Shown in pieces: positions 19,047 through 27,912 of a stretch of 64,000 nucleotides of DNA. The notes beneath the pieces were generated by a model. That model had not been told where the DNA came from. It made no database searches and saw only the letters and a list, made by a program, of their open reading frames with translations. Numbering within the stretch: position 1 is the stretch's first letter; every line of letters starts with the position of its first letter. The DNA comes from Microgenomates group bacterium (lineage in GTDB: Bacteria; Patescibacteriota; Microgenomatia; UBA12405): positions 600,711 to 664,710 of the forward strand of contig JBAQNJ010000001.1 of the NCBI GenBank assembly GCA_049303675.1. Direction: 5' to 3'. The position numbers and the translations under genes are program-made.

Positions 19047-19373
19047 ATGACCGAACTCAAAATCGAAGATATCAAAACCGGCACAGGACGTACTGTCCAG
19101 TCTGGTGACACTATTTCTATTCACTATCTGGGCACACTCGAAAACGGCACCAAGTTTGACAGTTCCTATGATCGCGGTCAGCCGTTTGAAGTCCAAATTG
19201 GTGTTGGACTGGTTATCGAGGGCTGGGACAAAGGGGTCATTGGTATGCAAGTCGGGGGTCAGCGAAAGCTAAATATTCCCTATGCTATGGCCTATGGTGA
19301 ACAGGGAATTGGTACAGTTATACCTCCCAAATCAAATCTCATTTTCGAAGTTGAGCTAATTGGTATAAAATAA
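19047..19373 (+). CDS. FKBP-type peptidyl-prolyl cis-trans isomerase
   Basis: GDTISIHYLGTLENGTKFDSSYDRGQPFEVQIGVGLVIEGWDKGVIGMQVGGQRKLNIPYAMAYG is a canonical FKBP domain. Confidence 0.9.
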   Translation: MTELKIEDIKTGTGRTVQSGDTISIHYLGTLENGTKFDSSYDRGQPFEVQIGVGLVIEGWDKGVIGMQVGGQRKLNIPYAMAYGEQGIGTVIPPKSNLIFEVELIGIK

Positions 19374-19376
19374 ACT

Positions 19377-19628
19377 GTGGGAAATAATTTAGCCCAAATA
19401 TTGGAAGGTCAAAACCGTCGCTGCGATATCTGTCTTAAAGGGGAAATGTTTAAAGTTAACACCCAGTTAATCACCCACACCACTGTCGAGCAGCCCACCG
19501 GACTTCGCAGTATTCATCAATCCAAAGAAATTTATCGACCAGTCAAAGACGTTCATTGCCTTTTGCAAAATATCAAGGTCAGAGCCTCCGGCCAGTGTGC
19601 CGCCTACGAACCCAAGAAACCTATTTAG
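19377..19628 (+). CDS. hypothetical small Cys-containing protein (uncertain)
   Basis: 83-aa ORF with a CDIC pair plus further Cys residues; possible zinc ribbon. Confidence 0.25.
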   Translation: MGNNLAQILEGQNRRCDICLKGEMFKVNTQLITHTTVEQPTGLRSIHQSKEIYRPVKDVHCLLQNIKVRASGQCAAYEPKKPI

Positions 19629-19956
19629 ATTCTTTTTGAATTGTTTTCCAGTGATAGAGGTAGAGTGGCAATCCCACAGTCATCATCGCTAGGCTATTAG
19701 CAAATTCACTTTGCCGCTGATTTCTAGTTTGTTCTTCTTGTTGTTTCATTTGTTCCTCTGGACTGACAAAGTTTGGATCACCCTTGACTACCGGTTGAGC
19801 ATAAATCGGGTATCTATCGGCATTTTTAAAGATAAATGTTTTTAGACCCAAATTAACTATTTGGATTCCTCCAATCACTACGATTAACAATCCTACAAAA
19901 GAAAACAAATACAAATACAGTAGTCTCAAACTAAATTTCATAAATAATTCTAACAT
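19621..19956 (-). CDS. hypothetical membrane protein
   Basis: Two predicted TM segments (LYLYLFSFVGLLIVVIGGI and MMTVGLPLYLY). Confidence 0.45.
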   Translation of the reverse strand: MLELFMKFSLRLLYLYLFSFVGLLIVVIGGIQIVNLGLKTFIFKNADRYPIYAQPVVKGDPNFVSPEEQMKQQEEQTRNQRQSEFANSLAMMTVGLPLYLYHWKTIQKESK

Positions 19957-19964
19957 AAGTTATA

Positions 19965-19990
19965 ATTAACTCTCGTAATTCGTAATTAGT
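19965..19990 (+). promoter_or_regulatory. triple direct repeat of (C/A)GTAATT immediately upstream of ssb
   Basis: TCGTAATTCGTAATTAGTAATTAAT. A related tandem AATTCGTAATTATT x2 occurs at 39229-39253, upstream of tyrS. Confidence 0.3.
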
Positions 19991-20006
19991 AATTAATAAT
20001 AAATCT

Positions 20007-20453
20007 ATGTCATTCTCCATCAATCTCGCTATCATTACCGGCAATGTCACTCGTGATCCGGAATTACGTTTTACACCCTCAGGACAGGCAGTTTGTAGTT
20101 TTGGTGTCGCCACCAATCGCTCCGTCAAACGCGGTGAGCAGTGGGAAGATGTCCCCACTTATCACAATGTCGTTATGTGGGGCAAGCCCGCCGAATATAT
20201 TGGTGGTGTTCTCAAAAAAGGCATGAAGGTCTCGCTCACTGGTCGTATCGACAATCGTTCCTACGATGCCAAGGATGGTACCAAAAAATACATTAGTGAA
20301 ATAGTCGCCGAGACTGTTATCCCCCTCACCGACAAACGGGCTAGTGGTGATTATCCTACCAAAACGCAGGATCATGACGAACCTTCTCAAATGCCAGACA
20401 AGGTGACAGAAACAGTTGAGGATATTGTAATACCAGATGAGATGCCATTTTAG
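20007..20453 (+). CDS. ssb: single-stranded DNA-binding protein
   Basis: OB-fold N-terminus NLAIITGNVTRDPELRFTPSGQAVCSFGVATN and an acidic C-terminal tail ending DEMPF. Confidence 0.9.
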   Translation: MSFSINLAIITGNVTRDPELRFTPSGQAVCSFGVATNRSVKRGEQWEDVPTYHNVVMWGKPAEYIGGVLKKGMKVSLTGRIDNRSYDAKDGTKKYISEIVAETVIPLTDKRASGDYPTKTQDHDEPSQMPDKVTETVEDIVIPDEMPF

Positions 20454-20512
20454 TAAAAAAGTTATCCCCGATTAACCCGCCGTAGCATAGCGTAGGTGGG
20501 TGAAATGCCCTT

Positions 20513-20719
20513 CTAGGGTAGAGCTCGCCTTCTCCTCTCAAGTAAATAATAGCTAAGCAAATTATCTTCTAGTGGTCGTTTATGACTTCTGTCAAATTTA
20601 GCTAGTTCTATTCTAGAACCATTTCTACGAATATGTTGTCTTTTTCCCAATGCCTCTTTGTCCAACAACGCTAATACTTCATTATTGACGCGTATTCCTG
20701 TAATTTCAACATTCTTCAT
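20513..20719 (-). CDS. hypothetical small protein, possibly a ribbon-helix-helix DNA binder
   Basis: 68 aa; the N-terminus EITGIRVNNEVLALLDKEALGKR fits a beta-strand/helix RHH pattern. Weak call. Confidence 0.3.
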   Translation of the reverse strand: MKNVEITGIRVNNEVLALLDKEALGKRQHIRRNGSRIELAKFDRSHKRPLEDNLLSYYLLERRRRALP

Positions 20720-20727
20720 ATACTATT

Positions 20728-21378
20728 TTACCACTCAATTTCCGCCTGTCCATTTTTTTTTAAATATTCATTGCATTTGGAAAATGGTTTAGAGCCAAAA
20801 AAGCCGGAATGAGCTGAGAACGGCGAAGGGTGAGGTGACTTGATAATTAAATGTTTGGCAAAATTAACAATTTGTCCCTTATTTTGGGCATATTTCCCCC
20901 ACAGAATAAATACCACCCCACTTTTTTTCTCTGAAATTATCCTGATCACTGCATCAGTAAACTCTTCCCAGCCTTTATTGGCATGTGAAGCAGGGGAGTT
21001 GGCTTGAACCGTCAGAGTAGAATTTAATAGCAATACCCCTTGTTGTGGCCAATTATTTATATTACCCTCATTCCCCTCATCACTTTTTATTTCTTTATAA
21101 ATATTTTGCAATGATGGCGGCAGTTTGACACTTTCATCCACCGAAAAACACAGTCCATTCGCCTCTTTTGGTCCATGATATGGGTCCTGCCCCAAAATTA
21201 CTACCCTCACCTTATCAAATGGAGTCATCTCAAAAGCTCTAAATATATATTTAGCCGGCGGGTAAACTGTGTTACTTTTATACTCACTTTTGACAAATTC
21301 TGCTAGTTTTACAAAATACTCCTTATCAAATTCACTCTCCAACTCTTTTCCCCACGATTCTTCAATGCGTACTTCCAT
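20728..21378 (-). CDS. ung: uracil-DNA glycosylase
   Basis: VVILGQDPYHGPKEANGLCFSV is the UNG family 1 catalytic motif. Confidence 0.9.
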   Translation of the reverse strand: MEVRIEESWGKELESEFDKEYFVKLAEFVKSEYKSNTVYPPAKYIFRAFEMTPFDKVRVVILGQDPYHGPKEANGLCFSVDESVKLPPSLQNIYKEIKSDEGNEGNINNWPQQGVLLLNSTLTVQANSPASHANKGWEEFTDAVIRIISEKKSGVVFILWGKYAQNKGQIVNFAKHLIIKSPHPSPFSAHSGFFGSKPFSKCNEYLKKNGQAEIEW

Positions 21379-21395
21379 AAATGTTATTATAGTTC

Positions 21396-21857
21396 ATGAA
21401 TATCATTGATAACTTAATTGATGATCATCAAAAAATCAGGAGTCAGTTAAACACTATTCTTGACAATCTCCAAAACTCCAGTATTCAATCAGTCGAACAG
21501 TCGTTAATTGAATTGGATCATCTCCTCAATGGGATTCACGAACCAAAAGAAGAAGAGCTTTTCCTTGCCATAATTTCTCATTCCAATATTGCCGATACCG
21601 ACAAACTCCTCGACGGTCTCATCTCCGAACATCAGGGGCTACGCGACCGACTCAAAGCTTTGGTTAATTCCGACATTCCCCCCTTATCAGATTCCACTAC
21701 CGTAGATTCGCTCAACAGTTTAATCGAAGCCATCACTTTACATATGGACTATGAGGAAAAGGAATTATATCCCCTAGCTCTCCGCCACCTTAGCCCCTCC
21801 CTCAGCGATTCCCTCTTAGCCAAATACCAAACCATATCTAATATTCCCTCTGTGTGA
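21396..21857 (+). CDS. hemerythrin-like (HHE cation-binding) domain protein
   Basis: Spacing of His/Glu pairs (DDHQKI ... EEELF ... SEHQGL ... HMDYEEKEL) fits a hemerythrin-like four-helix bundle. Confidence 0.5.
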   Translation: MNIIDNLIDDHQKIRSQLNTILDNLQNSSIQSVEQSLIELDHLLNGIHEPKEEELFLAIISHSNIADTDKLLDGLISEHQGLRDRLKALVNSDIPPLSDSTTVDSLNSLIEAITLHMDYEEKELYPLALRHLSPSLSDSLLAKYQTISNIPSV

Positions 21858-21925
21858 GCTGTTATGACGAAATTCGAACTTATTTTAAAAATAACTTTTA
21901 AATATTGAGTTCACATGCAGCCTGC

Positions 21926-22483
21926 CTAATATTTCATTGCAATCTTCACCTCAATGTCTTTTTTCACGACAAATCCCAAGCTTCTTGAATCAACACTATT
22001 TTCTCTATTATCTCCCATCATAAAATAGCTATCATCAGGAATAAGTATTTCTTGTCCTTCCTCTAGAATTTTCATACCTTGAACCTCCTCGAGCGATGCT
22101 TCTGTTTCACTTGTCTCTTTAATTTCGCGCCTATTCGCAGTCACTGTTTTAGCAGAGTTTGTTAAATAAATTTCTTCTAACTGTGAACTGTTGATAAAGA
22201 CTTTCCCGTCTTTAATCATCAATTTTTCGTTTGGTAAGCCGATGACCCTGCTCATTCCTTTAAAAGTGGGATGTTGCGAATAACGAAAAACCACAACATC
22301 TCCTCGTTGAGGAGAGGAAAATAAATAAGCGAATTTGTTTGCTAAATACCGATCCCCATTTTTAAATCCTGGTTCCATTGCTGGGCCGGTTAAAGCTACA
22401 GGCTTAAAAACGGTTATTAAAGAAATTAATCCTCCGGCAAACACTAAAGTTATTATCAATTGTACTTTCTTTGACATATTCAC
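21926..22483 (-). CDS. lepB: signal peptidase I
   Basis: N-terminal TM, catalytic Ser box GPAMEPG, and RGDVVVF. Strong RBS (AGGAGGTG) upstream. Confidence 0.85.
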   Translation of the reverse strand: MNMSKKVQLIITLVFAGGLISLITVFKPVALTGPAMEPGFKNGDRYLANKFAYLFSSPQRGDVVVFRYSQHPTFKGMSRVIGLPNEKLMIKDGKVFINSSQLEEIYLTNSAKTVTANRREIKETSETEASLEEVQGMKILEEGQEILIPDDSYFMMGDNRENSVDSRSLGFVVKKDIEVKIAMKY

Positions 22484-22754
22484 CTCCTTGCTATATTAAA
22501 ATCTGTACTAGAGTATAGCAAATATGAGAAAAAGGGCATCATTTCATTTGTACTAAACAGTGGCCTTTTTTAATTGCCGTCTTGGACAATTCGAGTCAAC
22601 TTAAGTTGAGCAAAACTAGGGCGGCCATTTAAGTTATATGAAAGTTCTTTAAATTTTTTGCGTTTTTCTTCATTCTTTTTTTACGGCGGCTCTAGGCGAA
22701 TTTGAATTTTTCCTTAGAAGCACTGTCCCCCTATTCTCTAGCCATTCCCTCTGT

Positions 22755-22827
22755 GTGACCCCACAGGGAATCGAACCCTGATTAGCAGAATGAGAATCTG
22801 CCGTCCTAACCATTAGACGATGGGGCC
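22755..22827 (-). tRNA. tRNA-Glu (anticodon CUC)
   Basis: Minus-strand sequence GGCCCCATCGTCTAATGGTTAGGACGGCAGATTCTCATTCTGCTAATCAGGGTTCGATTCCCTGTGGGGTCA. It folds as a cloverleaf with a 7-bp acceptor stem, D-stem GTCT/GGAC, anticodon stem GCAGA/TCTGC with loop TTCTCAT, and T-arm CAGGG-TTCGATT-CCCTG. CCA is not encoded. The plus-strand ORF 22670..22867 is an artefact of this gene. Confidence 0.85.
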
Positions 22828-22874
22828 AAGTGCTACAACACGATGGGGCCAAAAAGATGTTGTACAATTAAGTA

Positions 22875-24011
22875 ATGAATTTTATCAAATATTCGTCATA
22901 TTTATACCTGACATTATTTACAGTACTTTTAAGTCTCTTTTTTTGGTTTGGTTTTTATTACGATATTCCCAGCAAAATCGGCTTTCCCACTACTACTCTC
23001 GAAACAGTCTTTGCCAACTACGATGGCCCCAACTATATGGTCATTAGCAAGTGTGGCTATGTTAAGCACTGCATTGCCACCAAGTTTTCCTTACCCCAGC
23101 CTCTTGAATATTATCCGGCTCACTTCCCTGGCTTTCCCCTCCTCATCAAATATTTTAGCCTTTTTGTCAACACTCCCAAGGCCATGCTTCTAGCTAGTCT
23201 TCTCGGTTCTATTTTGATGACTCTTGCCATCTATCAATTTTTTCGTAATTACCTGTCCCAAAAAGTTGCCTATTATTTGGCCATTATTTCCCTCTTTTTT
23301 CCCGCCCGTTTATTAGTCCTGCGGCTTATTGGTGCTCCCGAGACGCTCTTTGTCGCCCTGACTCTTTTTTCCATTCTCTTTTTTCAAAAAAATAAATATA
23401 TCCTCTCGGCCATTACTGCATCGCTAGCCATGACTCTCAAGAGCCCAGGCATCATTCTCTTTATGGCCTACTTCTGTATGGCCATTTTTGACTATCTCCG
23501 CTCCAAAAATATTACCCAAATTATCAATAAATACTTTATATTTTTACTCGGTCCGATTACTATTTTTCTCATTTTTTATTTTTATTATCTCCAGACAGGG
23601 GACTTTTTTGCTTATTTTCATAGTGGCGACAATATCCACCTCAATATCCTGCCTTATCTAGTTTTTATGAGCAATCGCAGTTGGATCAACACCATCTGGC
23701 TCGAAGATGTCCTCTATATATTCTTATTATCCTTTGTTGGTCTCCGCTCTCTTTTTCAAAAATATCGTTTCAATTTAATTTTTGTTTATCCATTTTTATT
23801 TGTCCTAGCGACTATTTTTGTAGCCCACCGTGACATTAGTCGCTATATTTCCCCGACCTACCCCTTTTTATTATTGGCTTTCAACCAGTTTTTTACCAGT
23901 AAATCCAGTAAATTAATTTTTTGGTTACTCCTCCCTGCCTTAGTTTTATTTGCCATCAACTTTGTAATTGGCAACACCGCTCCTATCGCCGACTGGACAC
24001 CTTATCTATGA
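22875..24011 (+). CDS. polytopic membrane protein (putative GT-C-like glycosyltransferase)
   Basis: ~10 predicted TM helices; no specific motif recognised. Translationally coupled (ATGA) to the downstream gene. Confidence 0.45.
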   Translation: MNFIKYSSYLYLTLFTVLLSLFFWFGFYYDIPSKIGFPTTTLETVFANYDGPNYMVISKCGYVKHCIATKFSLPQPLEYYPAHFPGFPLLIKYFSLFVNTPKAMLLASLLGSILMTLAIYQFFRNYLSQKVAYYLAIISLFFPARLLVLRLIGAPETLFVALTLFSILFFQKNKYILSAITASLAMTLKSPGIILFMAYFCMAIFDYLRSKNITQIINKYFIFLLGPITIFLIFYFYYLQTGDFFAYFHSGDNIHLNILPYLVFMSNRSWINTIWLEDVLYIFLLSFVGLRSLFQKYRFNLIFVYPFLFVLATIFVAHRDISRYISPTYPFLLLAFNQFFTSKSSKLIFWLLLPALVLFAINFVIGNTAPIADWTPYL

Positions 24012-25666
24012 GCAGCGATCTGACCCCTAGCTCCTCGGAGAAATCGATTCAGGACCATCTTAAGCATTATTATTCCCAGATTCACAGTTATCAGGACTTT
24101 TCGATATCCACCCTCTATAACTACTACCGTTTGCTACATCCCTCTCTTCACAAAAAAGTCGAAGAAAATATCCTCGACATCTCCGCCCTAAATTATGCCC
24201 TGCCGCGATTACCCAATTGTATTCTGACAGCTCATCAGGTGATTATTGCCCAGTCTCAGAGTCAGCTGACAGCCGCCAACATCGACATTTCTAGCTGGGA
24301 ATTACAGGGTTCCTCCTCTCGTCGTCGTCAAAATTACTATGATCACATCACCAAAACACTTTTAGTTTTAATCAACTCCGATTCAGATATTGACGATCTA
24401 ATTAATTGCCTTATTTGTGTCCAAATCGAGCGACAAAAAATTTCTCAAATCGACCAATATCAGTTAGGTCTGCTAACTACCGCCGAAAATTATTCTGCCT
24501 TAGGGATAGACGAGTCAACATGGCAAAAATTCAAGGCCAAGTTGGGTCAAAATTGGCAACAAAAAGTTATAGATTTCTCCCATTACAACGACATTACTAT
24601 TCGCAGCCTACCGCAGGACAATCGTTTTATTACTGATGTGGTGGCCGCTTGGTGGCACAAAATTTCCACTACTTCACTCATTTTTTCTTTTCAAGACACC
24701 CCCCTCTATTTTGTCTCCTCCAATCTCCACAGCCTTACCAATTTAATCGGCGGCTATGTCAACGATCAGCAGGACAAAATAATCCATCATATTTCTCAAA
24801 ACTATACTGATCTATATAGTCAATGGCTATCAATCAAGACTGGTACCAATTCTCTTCGAGTTATTGATTTTTTATATTACGCCTCCGGCAAATATTTTGC
24901 CGACAATCCTACGCAGGCGGCCGACAAAATAAAGTACGAGGAACAATTGGGTATTCGTCAGCTAAATATTGGCAGCCAGCTTCCCTGTGATGTCCAAATT
25001 ATTCCCGTCTCAGCTATTGCCAAGTCTCCCCATATTGACCCAAATTTGAAGATTGCCAATCCCGACAAACTTCTGAGTAGTTCGGCCTATCTTCTCAACA
25101 TCGAGTATCCTCTGGGATTTTCTGCCTATTTTATCCTCAATTCTATTCTCAATATGCTGACAAATCTTAAGGGAGTTTATATTATCGGCAAAGCGGCCAT
25201 TCTCTCTGGACAAATTGGCGATATCCAAATCCCTAGTGCCGTTTTTGACGAACGGACCAACAACATTTTTAATATCCCCAATATTTTCAATAGTTATTTT
25301 CCTTTTCCTTCCTTCCAAAGTGACATTCTCCAAAATCAAAAGGCTATCTCTGTCTACGGCACCTATCTCGAAAATGAAAATCAGCTCCAAAATTATATTA
25401 AGTCAGGCTTCAATATTATCGAGATGGAGTCAGGACCATATTTAACCGCCATTCATCAGCACCTCAATAGCTCTACCACCTATCCCCAAAACATAGTCAC
25501 CGACATCAAAAATTTACCCTATGACCTAGGTATTATCAACTATGCTTCCGACAATCCACTGTCCCAGACTTTGGGCGATTCAGTTATGTCTCTTCGGGGT
25601 GTCGAGCCGACCTATCTCGCCGCCCTCTCCGTTATTCAACGGATAGTCGACCTAGAGTTAGCTTAG
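24008..25666 (+). CDS. hypothetical protein with C-terminal nucleoside phosphorylase (PNP_UDP_1/MTAN-like) fold
   Basis: C-terminal IIGKAAILSGQIGDIQIPSAVFDERT ... VYGTYLENENQLQNYIKSGFNIIEMESGPYLTAIHQ parallels the GTAGGL ... VEMEsaA motifs of MTA/SAH nucleosidase-type phosphorylases. The N-terminal ~370 aa are unassigned. Confidence 0.45.
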   Translation: MSSDLTPSSSEKSIQDHLKHYYSQIHSYQDFSISTLYNYYRLLHPSLHKKVEENILDISALNYALPRLPNCILTAHQVIIAQSQSQLTAANIDISSWELQGSSSRRRQNYYDHITKTLLVLINSDSDIDDLINCLICVQIERQKISQIDQYQLGLLTTAENYSALGIDESTWQKFKAKLGQNWQQKVIDFSHYNDITIRSLPQDNRFITDVVAAWWHKISTTSLIFSFQDTPLYFVSSNLHSLTNLIGGYVNDQQDKIIHHISQNYTDLYSQWLSIKTGTNSLRVIDFLYYASGKYFADNPTQAADKIKYEEQLGIRQLNIGSQLPCDVQIIPVSAIAKSPHIDPNLKIANPDKLLSSSAYLLNIEYPLGFSAYFILNSILNMLTNLKGVYIIGKAAILSGQIGDIQIPSAVFDERTNNIFNIPNIFNSYFPFPSFQSDILQNQKAISVYGTYLENENQLQNYIKSGFNIIEMESGPYLTAIHQHLNSSTTYPQNIVTDIKNLPYDLGIINYASDNPLSQTLGDSVMSLRGVEPTYLAALSVIQRIVDLELA

Positions 25667-26536
25667 ATATATCTTTCCCCCTTCTTCTTCAATCAAATCC
25701 CTCATCAGCATCATCGAAATACTCTTATTCACTTCGCTAATTGGTGAATTAATTTTATGGACCAATTCATCTATTGTCACCGATTCGTTCTCCAATATTT
25801 TCACAATATTTTTTTCCAGTTCCGACAGTTCACTGTAGTCTTTAAACAGTCCAGCCTGTTGTGGACTACCCCGATAATCTGTCAATATGTCGCCAATTTC
25901 CGTCACCATCTTGGCTGCTCCCGACTTGATTAGCCAGTTTGTCCCCTCGGAGACGAGGGAGTTAATTGGTCCAGGGATGGCAAATACATTCTTACCTTGT
26001 TTTAGGGCAAATTTTGCCGTAATTAGACTACCCGATTTTATCCCACCCTCAATTACCAGCACACCCACACTCGACATCGCCGCCATTAGCCTGTCTCGGG
26101 CAGGGAATGACCACATAGTTGGCTTAAATTCTGGCTCATACTCCGACATTACCAATCCGCCGTTGTCCAAAATATCAGCATACAGTTTTTCATTATAGTA
26201 TCGGTTCATCATATCTAGGCCACCTCCCACCACCGCAATTGTCCTGCCCCCATTTTCCAAACATCTCACGTGGCATTCTGTATCCACTCCATACATGAAT
26301 CCAGAAATTATAGTTATCCCTTGGGCTATTAGTGATGGCATTAGTTTTTCAATAATATCTCGACCATATTTAGTTACCCGCCGACTTCCCACGATTGTTA
26401 TCGTCCTCTCAAACAGCTCCGGTCTCCACTCGCCCCGATAATACATTTTCTCTGGAGGCTTACTAATCTTTTTTAACCCTATCGGAAAATCTTTTTGCTC
26501 CAATTCTTTTATCTGCCACTCCCGCCAATTGCTCAT
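25658..26536 (-). CDS. dprA: DNA processing protein DprA (Smf)
   Basis: Rossmann-like DprA core IVGSRRVTKYGRDIIEKLMPSLIAQGITIISGFMYGVDTECH ... AVVGGGLD ... GKNVFAIPGPINS. Confidence 0.85.
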   Translation of the reverse strand: MSNWREWQIKELEQKDFPIGLKKISKPPEKMYYRGEWRPELFERTITIVGSRRVTKYGRDIIEKLMPSLIAQGITIISGFMYGVDTECHVRCLENGGRTIAVVGGGLDMMNRYYNEKLYADILDNGGLVMSEYEPEFKPTMWSFPARDRLMAAMSSVGVLVIEGGIKSGSLITAKFALKQGKNVFAIPGPINSLVSEGTNWLIKSGAAKMVTEIGDILTDYRGSPQQAGLFKDYSELSELEKNIVKILENESVTIDELVHKINSPISEVNKSISMMLMRDLIEEEGGKIYLS

Positions 26537-26852
26537 TCATAAATATAGCAAATTTTGATTCCCTCTTTTTCAACACTTGAATCGGTGGAATCATTCGACT
26601 CACTACTCTACGCAACAATTCTTCTGAGACGTTAATTATTCGACTTGAATTCGCATCAAATACGTTGAATCTCTTTCCCGAGAAGTCAGTTTCAGTAGAA
26701 TATACCAATAGGGAGTGGTCAGGAGCTTTTGGTATAACATCATTTAATTTGCTTTGGAGACTACTTTCAGTATATTTTGGTGCTTGTGCTGCACACCATT
26801 TTTCATCGTTCACACTAACTACTGCTGGAATGGAATTTGATACATCACGCAA
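26463..26852 (-). CDS. hypothetical protein (possibly the 3' part of a frameshifted gene)
   Basis: Overlaps the dprA 5' end by ~70 nt and the upstream ORF by 34 nt, in a different frame; no recognisable domain. Confidence 0.2.
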   Translation of the reverse strand: MRDVSNSIPAVVSVNDEKWCAAQAPKYTESSLQSKLNDVIPKAPDHSLLVYSTETDFSGKRFNVFDANSSRIINVSEELLRRVVSRMIPPIQVLKKRESKFAIFMNEQLAGVADKRIGAKRFSDRVKKD

Positions 26853-27133
26853 AGCTTTTTTACGCTAGTAGTTTTTAATTTGATACCTAGTTTGGTTGTT
26901 TTATTTAGTATATTTACCCCAATCATCGCATTATGAATGCTCCCACGATTACACATGTCTGTAAAAAAAGAATCTGGATCCACAGTTGTCTCTCCAGTTA
27001 CTTGATTAATAGCATTAGCCACTGTACTACCCATACATGAATCAGGTAACTCAGAACGAGTAAAATTATCTGGTAGATCACTATACCTGACGTCAGGAAA
27101 TATATATTGTCCCACTTTCCTATCACTTTTCAT
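26819..27133 (-). CDS. hypothetical protein
   Basis: 104-aa ORF; no recognisable domain. Confidence 0.25.
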   Translation of the reverse strand: MKSDRKVGQYIFPDVRYSDLPDNFTRSELPDSCMGSTVANAINQVTGETTVDPDSFFTDMCNRGSIHNAMIGVNILNKTTKLGIKLKTTSVKKLCVMYQIPFQQ

Positions 27134-27251
27134 TTGGAAAATATACTATAGGATATATATTTATGCAAATATCTAATTCAAACTAAAGCGGACAAATAAA
27201 TTCTCAACTCATTTTAACAAAAGACCTATAACTTGAAACAAATCAGTAATA

Positions 27252-27497
27252 ATGGTAAACTCCACCATGCCAACCAAAATTTTTGCCACAGTAGAACACC
27301 CCTTAACACACGTTCCCATCAGTCTTACCAATGAAATGGGTAATTTGCCCAAAGCTCTTGACGAATGTTTTAATTTTCTCATGATAGATGGTGACCCTAA
27401 TATGGCCGCTACTTTAGGAAAACTCAGATCTCTGGTTGTTCGGACGACAGAACTAGATGCAGAAGGCAGAAAAATAGGCAAAATTGTCTTGAAATAA
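27252..27497 (+). CDS. hypothetical small protein (uncertain; overlaps an antisense ORF)
   Basis: 81-aa ORF with more protein-like composition than the antisense 27209..27481 ORF. Confidence 0.2.
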   Translation: MVNSTMPTKIFATVEHPLTHVPISLTNEMGNLPKALDECFNFLMIDGDPNMAATLGKLRSLVVRTTELDAEGRKIGKIVLK

Positions 27498-27505
27498 AGG
27501 AAAAT

Positions 27506-27859
27506 CTAGCTTATATTCCCATAGTATCTTATATCTCTACCGAGTATACACACCGCGTCAATCCGGTATTTTTCAAAATTCCGTCTCATTTGCGAATTCT
27601 TGAGCAGATACAGCTCTGCCACCCGTCTCACCTGAGCAATTTTCCTTTTATTAATCATCTCTTCCGGTAGCCCCATTCTGTCATCAGATTTATATTTAAC
27701 TTCGACAAACACTAGGGTATCTCTATCACTCATAATCAAATCAATTTCTCCTATATCTGTATCATAATTACTCTCTATAAAACTAAATCCCTGATCAATT
27801 AAATATCTTTTAGCCGTATCTTCCCCCACTTTCCCCTTATTATAATTTTCTTTTTTCAT
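27506..27859 (-). CDS. yraN: YraN-family (UPF0102) endonuclease
   Basis: [46 protein letters not shown] matches the YraN restriction-endonuclease-like fold motif. Confidence 0.8.
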   Translation of the reverse strand: MKKENYNKGKVGEDTAKRYLIDQGFSFIESNYDTDIGEIDLIMSDRDTLVFVEVKYKSDDRMGLPEEMINKRKIAQVRRVAELYLLKNSQMRRNFEKYRIDAVCILGRDIRYYGNIS

Positions 27860-27875
27860 TTTAATGTTTTCAAAG

Positions 27876-27909
27876 TCTCCCCTGTTAAAGGTAGATTTAG
27901 AGGGATTGG
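27876..27909 (+). repeat. palindromic repeat copy D (TCTCCCCTGTTAAAGGTAGATTTAGAGGGATTGG), degenerate stem
   Basis: Between the comM/yifB stop (27913) and the yraN start (27859). Near-identical to copy B apart from stem mismatches. Confidence 0.75.
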
Positions 27910-27912
27910 AAA

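Noticed and set aside
22670-22867. 65-aa plus/minus ORF (MYNIFLAPSCC...GSIPCGVT...)
   Set aside because: It is the translation of the tRNA-Glu gene (GSIPCGVT is the classic spurious reading of a T-arm), not a protein.
27209-27481. Minus-strand 90-aa ORF overlapping the plus-strand 81-aa ORF
   Set aside because: Highly hydrophobic/Ser-rich composition and complete antisense overlap. At most one of the two can be real, and the plus-strand one looks more protein-like, though both are weak.
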